From Xanthobacteraceae bacterium (GTDB lineage: Bacteria > Pseudomonadota > Alphaproteobacteria > Rhizobiales > Xanthobacteraceae): a DNA stretch of 64,000 bases. Below the pieces are notes generated by a model that made no database searches, was not told where the DNA came from, and worked only from the letters and a program-made list of their open reading frames with translations. Positions within the stretch are counted from its first letter, which is position 1. Each line of letters starts with the position of its first letter. The DNA is taken from the NCBI GenBank assembly GCA_049517455.1, contig JBEKSB010000001.1, positions 1,528 through 65,527 on the forward strand, given 5' to 3'. Position numbers and translations under genes: made by a program. Positions 59,129 through 64,000 of the stretch are shown here, piece after piece.

Positions 59129-60634
59129 CTAGCTGCTTTGACCATGCAGCTTGCGCAACTCGGTTTTCAGCACCTTGCCGTAATTGTTCTTGGGTAGCGT
59201 CTCGAGAAAGACGTAGCCACGTGGCCGTTTGAACCGTGCAATCGCGGAAAGGCACAGCGCGTCCAATTCTTCCGCGGATACCTTTTGTTCCGGACGCGCC
59301 ACGATGCAGGCGACGACTTCCTCGCCCCAATCCGGATGCGGACGGCCGATGACCGAAACTTCGAACACGCCGGGGTGGCGCAGCAATACCTCTTCAACCT
59401 CGCGCGGATAGATGTTGCTGCCGCCGCTGATGATCAGATCCTTGGAACGATCCTTCAGCGTGAGGAAACCCTCGTCGTCGAATGCGCCCATGTCGCCAGT
59501 GTGCAGCCAGCCGCCGCGCAGGGTCTCGGCGGTTGCTTCAGGATTTCTCCAATAACCCGCCATCACCACTTCGCCCCGAACCAGCACCTCGCCGATTTCG
59601 CCGACCGGCAGGTCGCGATCGTCTTCATCGGTAACGCGCACCTCGACATTGGCGCGCGGCAATCCGACTGAGCCCATGATCTCGCGCCAGCGCGGCCGCG
59701 CGCGGTCGGCGTGGATCTCCTTCGACAGCGCCGTGATGGTCATGGGTACTTCGCCCTGACCGTAAATTTGCGCGAGTTTCGGGCCGAGCAAATCCATCGC
59801 GCGGAGCAGCGTTTCGAAATGCATTGGCGCGCCGCCATAGATGATGGTGCGTAGGCCGCGATGATCGCCCGCGGCGAACCCGGCGTGATCGATCAGACGG
59901 CTCACCATGGTCGGCGCGGCAAAAAAGCTGACGTTGCCGTGGATCGAAAGCAGTGCCGCGATCTCCTCCGGGTCGAAGCCGGCGCTTTCTGGAATAACGG
60001 TGCTGGCCCCCATGGCAACGTAGGGCAGGCCGTAGCAGCCTGACCCATGCGACATCGGCGCGGCGTGAAGAACACAATCGCTCCGACCAACCGGCTCGAT
60101 TTCGGCGAAATAGGCCAGCGTTTGCCCCATCATGATGCCATGCGTCAGCATCGCGCCTTTGGGGCGGCCGGTCGTGCCGCTGGTATAAAACAACCACGCG
60201 AGATCGTCGGGCCGGCGCGATACGACGTCGATGCCGTCGCCTTGATAAAGCCGCCGCCATTCGGCGCTGCCGGTCGCGATCGTGCGGCCATGCCGTGCGA
60301 CATCTTCGGCGCGGTCGGGACTCGCGAGAATGAGCGAAGCTTCCGTGTTCCCGATGATGTAACCGAACTCCTCGCTATGGAGCTTGGCGTTCATCGGCAC
60401 CGCGACCAGCCCGGCATGCCAGATCGCAAACAGTGCTTCGAGAAATTCGGGCCGGTTGGTCATGGCGATGGCCACCCGGTCATCCGGACGGCACATGGTG
60501 CGCAGGTTGCCGGCAAGCGCGCGCGAGCGCGCCGCCCATTGCCGATAATTCGCGTAGGTGGCGGCGCCGTCGGCAATCGCCGGCCGATCGGGCGCGGCGC
60601 GTCCCCATTTCTCGACCCAACCCGCGAGGTTCAT
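59129..60634 (-). CDS. AMP-dependent acyl-CoA synthetase/ligase
   Basis: 501 aa. AMP-binding motif LFYTSGTTGRPKGAM and motif II YGQGE. Confidence 0.85.
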   Translation of the reverse strand: MNLAGWVEKWGRAAPDRPAIADGAATYANYRQWAARSRALAGNLRTMCRPDDRVAIAMTNRPEFLEALFAIWHAGLVAVPMNAKLHSEEFGYIIGNTEASLILASPDRAEDVARHGRTIATGSAEWRRLYQGDGIDVVSRRPDDLAWLFYTSGTTGRPKGAMLTHGIMMGQTLAYFAEIEPVGRSDCVLHAAPMSHGSGCYGLPYVAMGASTVIPESAGFDPEEIAALLSIHGNVSFFAAPTMVSRLIDHAGFAAGDHRGLRTIIYGGAPMHFETLLRAMDLLGPKLAQIYGQGEVPMTITALSKEIHADRARPRWREIMGSVGLPRANVEVRVTDEDDRDLPVGEIGEVLVRGEVVMAGYWRNPEATAETLRGGWLHTGDMGAFDDEGFLTLKDRSKDLIISGGSNIYPREVEEVLLRHPGVFEVSVIGRPHPDWGEEVVACIVARPEQKVSAEELDALCLSAIARFKRPRGYVFLETLPKNNYGKVLKTELRKLHGQSS

Positions 60635-60653
60635 CGGGCGTTGCCGATCTCGA

Positions 60654-61190
60654 TCAGGGTGCCGACTTGGCGTCGATCAGCACCGCGGCGATGAGACAAG
60701 GCTTGCCGCTGCGGTTGACCCAGGCATGGTTGGTGCCGCGCTGGACGATGCAGTCGCCGGCATGAAGCTCGACCTCGCCGTCTTCCATGAGCATGTGCAT
60801 CGAGCCCGAGATCACTACGAGGTAATCGATCGAATCGGTCTTGTGCATCGTGGGGTGTTTGGCGGAATCCGCGGCGCTCGGCTTATTGGTGCTGCCGAGC
60901 TGGCCGAAGGTGGCGCTGGCGTCGATCTTGGTCCCGGCGCTCTCGGGCGGAATTTCGACGACGCGGAAGATGGTGCCCAACGGAGTCGGATCGTGACGCA
61001 TTGGCCGCAGCGAGCGGTCTTTCGAACCGTCATTGCTGACCGGCATCTCGTCGGTGACCCAGACTTCGGTGACGCCGGCGCCCGGCCAGCCTTTGAGCGG
61101 GGTCGCGTTAGGCGCGTGATCATCGAACAGGATGACGGCTTTGCCGGCGGCGTTGTGGCCGGTGACGACGCGTCGGATCTTTTGAATCAT
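60654..61190 (-). CDS. Cupin domain protein
   Basis: 178 aa from the ATG with a GGGAGGA RBS. Cupin motifs MHKTDSIDYLVVISG and GDCIVQRGTNHAW. Confidence 0.7.
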   Translation of the reverse strand: MIQKIRRVVTGHNAAGKAVILFDDHAPNATPLKGWPGAGVTEVWVTDEMPVSNDGSKDRSLRPMRHDPTPLGTIFRVVEIPPESAGTKIDASATFGQLGSTNKPSAADSAKHPTMHKTDSIDYLVVISGSMHMLMEDGEVELHAGDCIVQRGTNHAWVNRSGKPCLIAAVLIDAKSAP

Positions 61191-61213
61191 GTGTTCCTCC
61201 CGAATGGTTTGTT

Positions 61214-62191
61214 TCAGTGGCGCAAGATGCGATTGCGCAGCACGCCGATTTTTTCGACCTCGAGCTCGATCACTTCGCCCGGCTCGACGTAAAGCCCGGT
61301 TTCGAGGCCGGAGCCGTTGCCGACGGTTCCGGAGCAAAACAGCTCGCCCGGATGGATCGTCTCGTCGCGCGAAACAAAGGCGATGCAATCCTCGTATTTC
61401 CAATGCATTTCGCGCGAACTGCCGCGGCCGCGCTCCTCGCCGTTGACGCGCACGATCATGTCCAGCGCGTAGGGATCGGGGATTTCATCGGCGGTGACGA
61501 TGCAGGGGCCGACCGGATTCGAATTATCGAAATCCTTGCCTTTGCCCGGCCCGAGATTGCTGAGCATTTCCAGGCTCTGCTCGTCGCGAGCGGAAAGATC
61601 GTTGAAGATGGTGTAGCCGAAGATGTGGGCGCGCGCCTTGTCCTTGGAGATGTCGTGACCCGCCTTGCCGATGACGCAGGCGAACTCCAGCTCGTAATCG
61701 ATCGTTTTCGAGTAGGCCGGCCAGGTCACGTCTTGGTCGGTGCCGCAGACGGCGAAACGGCTCGGCTTGTAGAAGCTCGGGCGCTCGTACCAGATCTTCG
61801 GCGGCCTAAAGGCCCCCTGCTTCTCCAGCTCGCGCAGCGCTTTTTCCGGATCGGGCGCGGTGGCGGCGCGCATCTTCTGTATGCGGGTGAAGGCCTGAAT
61901 CAGATGTTTCTCGAAGCAAAGAAAGTCGCGCATTTGCGGCGGCTGCGGTAACGGCGCCAGCAACTTGACCGAGGCGGTTTCGATCGTACCGCGGCCGCGC
62001 CGCTGCGCATCCGAAACAATCTCGCGGGCCCGATTGAGGCCAACCTCGCCGGCTTCGATCAGCGCCTGCATACTGGTGAAGGCGGGATTCGCGCCACCTT
62101 GCGCCGCCGCGAAATCGACGATCCGGCTGTCGCCGTCGACGAAGGCGCCGATGCGCTCGGCGCCGGAGGCAGCGAATGTGACAAGCCTCAT
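61214..62191 (-). CDS. Fumarylacetoacetate hydrolase (FAH) family protein
   Basis: 325 aa. DYELEFACVIGK, IFGYTIFNDLSARD, GELFCSGT. Strong GGGAGGA RBS. Confidence 0.85.
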   Translation of the reverse strand: MRLVTFAASGAERIGAFVDGDSRIVDFAAAQGGANPAFTSMQALIEAGEVGLNRAREIVSDAQRRGRGTIETASVKLLAPLPQPPQMRDFLCFEKHLIQAFTRIQKMRAATAPDPEKALRELEKQGAFRPPKIWYERPSFYKPSRFAVCGTDQDVTWPAYSKTIDYELEFACVIGKAGHDISKDKARAHIFGYTIFNDLSARDEQSLEMLSNLGPGKGKDFDNSNPVGPCIVTADEIPDPYALDMIVRVNGEERGRGSSREMHWKYEDCIAFVSRDETIHPGELFCSGTVGNGSGLETGLYVEPGEVIELEVEKIGVLRNRILRH

Positions 62192-62337
62192 ACCGTCCTC
62201 CCGACATTCAATCGCTTGCCGCGATCTTGATCATTCGTATTATTGTATTTCATTGAATGTTGAAATTCCGGTAGAGTCAAGCATGCGGGCGCCGATCGAC
62301 TAGGTCGGCCATCCTCGCCAAGGAGTTCCATGCCACC

Positions 62338-63066
62338 ATGAAGGCGAAAAGCGCATTGGCCCGGAAGTCCGCTCGCGTCGCCGCGCCAAAGAGCAAACCG
62401 GCGGCGCGCGGCGAACGCAGTGTCGCCCGGCGCGGCGATACGACGCGGCTGTCGATCCTCAATGCGGCCGAACGCTGCTTCGGCGAAAACGGATTCGATG
62501 GCGTCTCGCTGCGCACCATCACCGAAGTGGCCGGCGTCGACCTTGCGCTCGTCAACTATCACTTCGGCAGCAAAGACAATTTACTGCACGAGGTGATCGC
62601 GCGCCGGGCGCGCATTGTTCACGAAGAGCGGGTACGGGCACTCGAATTGGCGCGGCATGAGGCCGGTGCCCGGTCGCCGTCGGTGGAGGCGATCGTGACC
62701 GCCTTCCTCGAGCCGCTACTGCGACGTCTGGTCGACGGCGACGCGGGCTGGCGTCACTACTGCAACCTCGCCTCGCAGCTCGACGTGCTGCCGAAATTCA
62801 TCGCGCTGACCAGCGACGTGCTCGATCCGACGGCGCTGCACTTCATCAACGCGTTGCGGCTGACTTTGCCGAAAGCGACGCCGCAATCGATCTATTGGGG
62901 CTACATGTTTTTGATCGGGTCGATGGTGCAGGTCATGTCGGCGACCGGCCGGATCGAGCGGCTGTCGCGCGGCCTGTGCCGTTCGGACGACATCGAAGGC
63001 GCTTTGCGCGAGCTCGTTCCCTTCGTCAGTGCTGGGCTGCGGGCTTTCGGAAACCCTGCCAAATAG
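62338..63066 (+). CDS. TetR/AcrR family transcriptional regulator
   Basis: 242 aa. HTH ILNAAERCFGENGFDGVSLRTITEVAGVDLALVNYHFGSK. Divergent from the FAH operon. Confidence 0.85.
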   Translation: MKAKSALARKSARVAAPKSKPAARGERSVARRGDTTRLSILNAAERCFGENGFDGVSLRTITEVAGVDLALVNYHFGSKDNLLHEVIARRARIVHEERVRALELARHEAGARSPSVEAIVTAFLEPLLRRLVDGDAGWRHYCNLASQLDVLPKFIALTSDVLDPTALHFINALRLTLPKATPQSIYWGYMFLIGSMVQVMSATGRIERLSRGLCRSDDIEGALRELVPFVSAGLRAFGNPAK

Positions 63067-63203
63067 AACGAGTCGCAAGCCTGCATCACATTGCTGCTGG
63101 ACTTTTGATCGTGATGCCAATGGTATTGCGCCATGGCCTTCGCTACATTTTGGCGAAAGATGGTGTCTATCCGAGCGAGACAATTGGAGCGTGGAGGAAC
63201 CCC

Positions 63204-63857
63204 ATGAAACGTCTGGCCCTCGCGATGATGACCACGCTAATTGCGGCCGCCGGTTGGTTTGCAGTGACAACCATTGGACCCCATGCCATGAGCAAAGAGC
63301 CTCGCTTTCCGCAGCTCACGATGGATCAGCTCACCGACAAGCAAAAGCCGCTCGGCGAGCAGATTATGAAGGTTTCGAGCGTGGGTCTAGGCGGACCTTA
63401 CAATCCGCTGCTCCGCAGCCCCGTGCTCGGACAAAGAATGTTCGATCTCCTTCATTATCTGCGCTGGGAAACGTCGGTGCCGTTGAAGCTCAATGAGTTT
63501 GCGATCCTGATCATCGGGCGGCAATGGCGCTCGCAAGTCGAGTGGCTTGCGCACGCGCCGCTCGCCATCAAGGCGGGGCTGTCGCCGGACATCGTCGCCG
63601 AGCTCAAAGCCAACAAACGGCCATCAAACATGCCGCCGGAAGAAGCGGTTGTTTATGACTTCGTCACCGAGCTGACGACCAAGCACGAAGTGTCCGACGA
63701 AACCTTCAATCGCGCGAAGGAGCTTTTCGGCGAGCAGCAGGTTGTCGACTTAACGGCGGTCGCCGGCACCTATATCGGCGTCGCCATGGTCCTGGCGATG
63801 AGCGAGGGCAGCGTTCCGCCCGGCAAGGAATTGCCATTCAAGCCAGGCGAACCGTAG
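63204..63857 (+). CDS. Carboxymuconolactone decarboxylase (AhpD-like) family protein with N-terminal signal/anchor
   Basis: 217 aa from the ATG after GGAGGAA. Block EFAILIIGRQWRSQVEWLAHAPLAIKAGL is typical of the CMD family. Confidence 0.7.
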   Translation: MKRLALAMMTTLIAAAGWFAVTTIGPHAMSKEPRFPQLTMDQLTDKQKPLGEQIMKVSSVGLGGPYNPLLRSPVLGQRMFDLLHYLRWETSVPLKLNEFAILIIGRQWRSQVEWLAHAPLAIKAGLSPDIVAELKANKRPSNMPPEEAVVYDFVTELTTKHEVSDETFNRAKELFGEQQVVDLTAVAGTYIGVAMVLAMSEGSVPPGKELPFKPGEP

Positions 63858-63900
63858 ATCGAAGCCGGGATTCGTCGTCGAAAGATACTGGAGCGGATGA

Positions 63901-64000
63901 ATGGCACAGTCTTCCATGAGCGATCTCGGCGCGAAATCGCATCTCGAGGCGCTGCTGGCGACGGTTGGCCCGGTCGAGGGGTTACGCATTCTCGATATTG
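63901..64000 (+). CDS. 5' end of a probable SAM-dependent methyltransferase (runs off the window)
   Basis: MAQSSMSDLGAKSHLEALLATVGPVEGLRILDI, which is the beginning of motif I (ILDIGCG expected). Only 33 codons are visible. Confidence 0.4.
   Translation, partial: MAQSSMSDLGAKSHLEALLATVGPVEGLRILDI

Overview
High-GC (roughly 63-65 %) chromosomal segment of an alphaproteobacterium. It looks Hyphomicrobiales/Bradyrhizobiaceae-like, judged from its REP-type palindromes and Caulobacter-style flagellar regulators (inference). I call about 55 protein genes, one tRNA-Met(CAU) and one clear pseudogene. I saw no rRNA, CRISPR, transposase, integrase or phage genes.

Gene blocks, left to right:
- 3' part of a PAS histidine kinase and an MDR oxidoreductase.
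- A three-gene transglutaminase / circularly permuted ATP-grasp + alpha-E / DUF2126 operon (2.5-9.3 kb). It is conserved, but as far as I know functionally uncharacterised.
- An MFS transporter, an orphan NicX-like dioxygenase, a GST, a GT87 membrane glycosyltransferase and an aspartate aminotransferase.
- DUF992, an EF-G paralogue with a degenerate GTPase centre, and DUF1330.
- A Caulobacter-type flagellar block: flbD-fliN-fliH-like-fliG-fliF, sciP, flgD, fliK. CtrA boxes, a sigma-54 promoter and FlbD-type palindromes are recognisable.
- mnmA, a Pmt-like methyltransferase and tRNA-Met followed by a low-GC stub.
- A co-directional run of Ni/Co transporter, membrane-anchored serine-hydrolase-like protein, unknown secreted protein, APC permease and zinc-ribbon metallopeptidase.
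- A KefB-like antiporter.
- A trehalose block: otsA, a decayed ASRT-family gene, glucose dehydrogenase and a GH15 hydrolase.
- A Rieske dioxygenase alpha/beta pair with a glutamine-synthetase-like gene and a truncated AraC.
- GMC oxidoreductase, DUF302, aldehyde dehydrogenase and amidase.
- A low-GC islet.
- A TetR-associated catabolic operon: FAH, cupin, acyl-CoA ligase and a Liv-type ABC importer with no ATPase genes.

The best candidates for something genuinely undescribed are the transglutaminase/ATP-grasp operon and the permease-secreted protein-hydrolase module. All product calls come from reading motifs by eye and remembering families. No database search was run.
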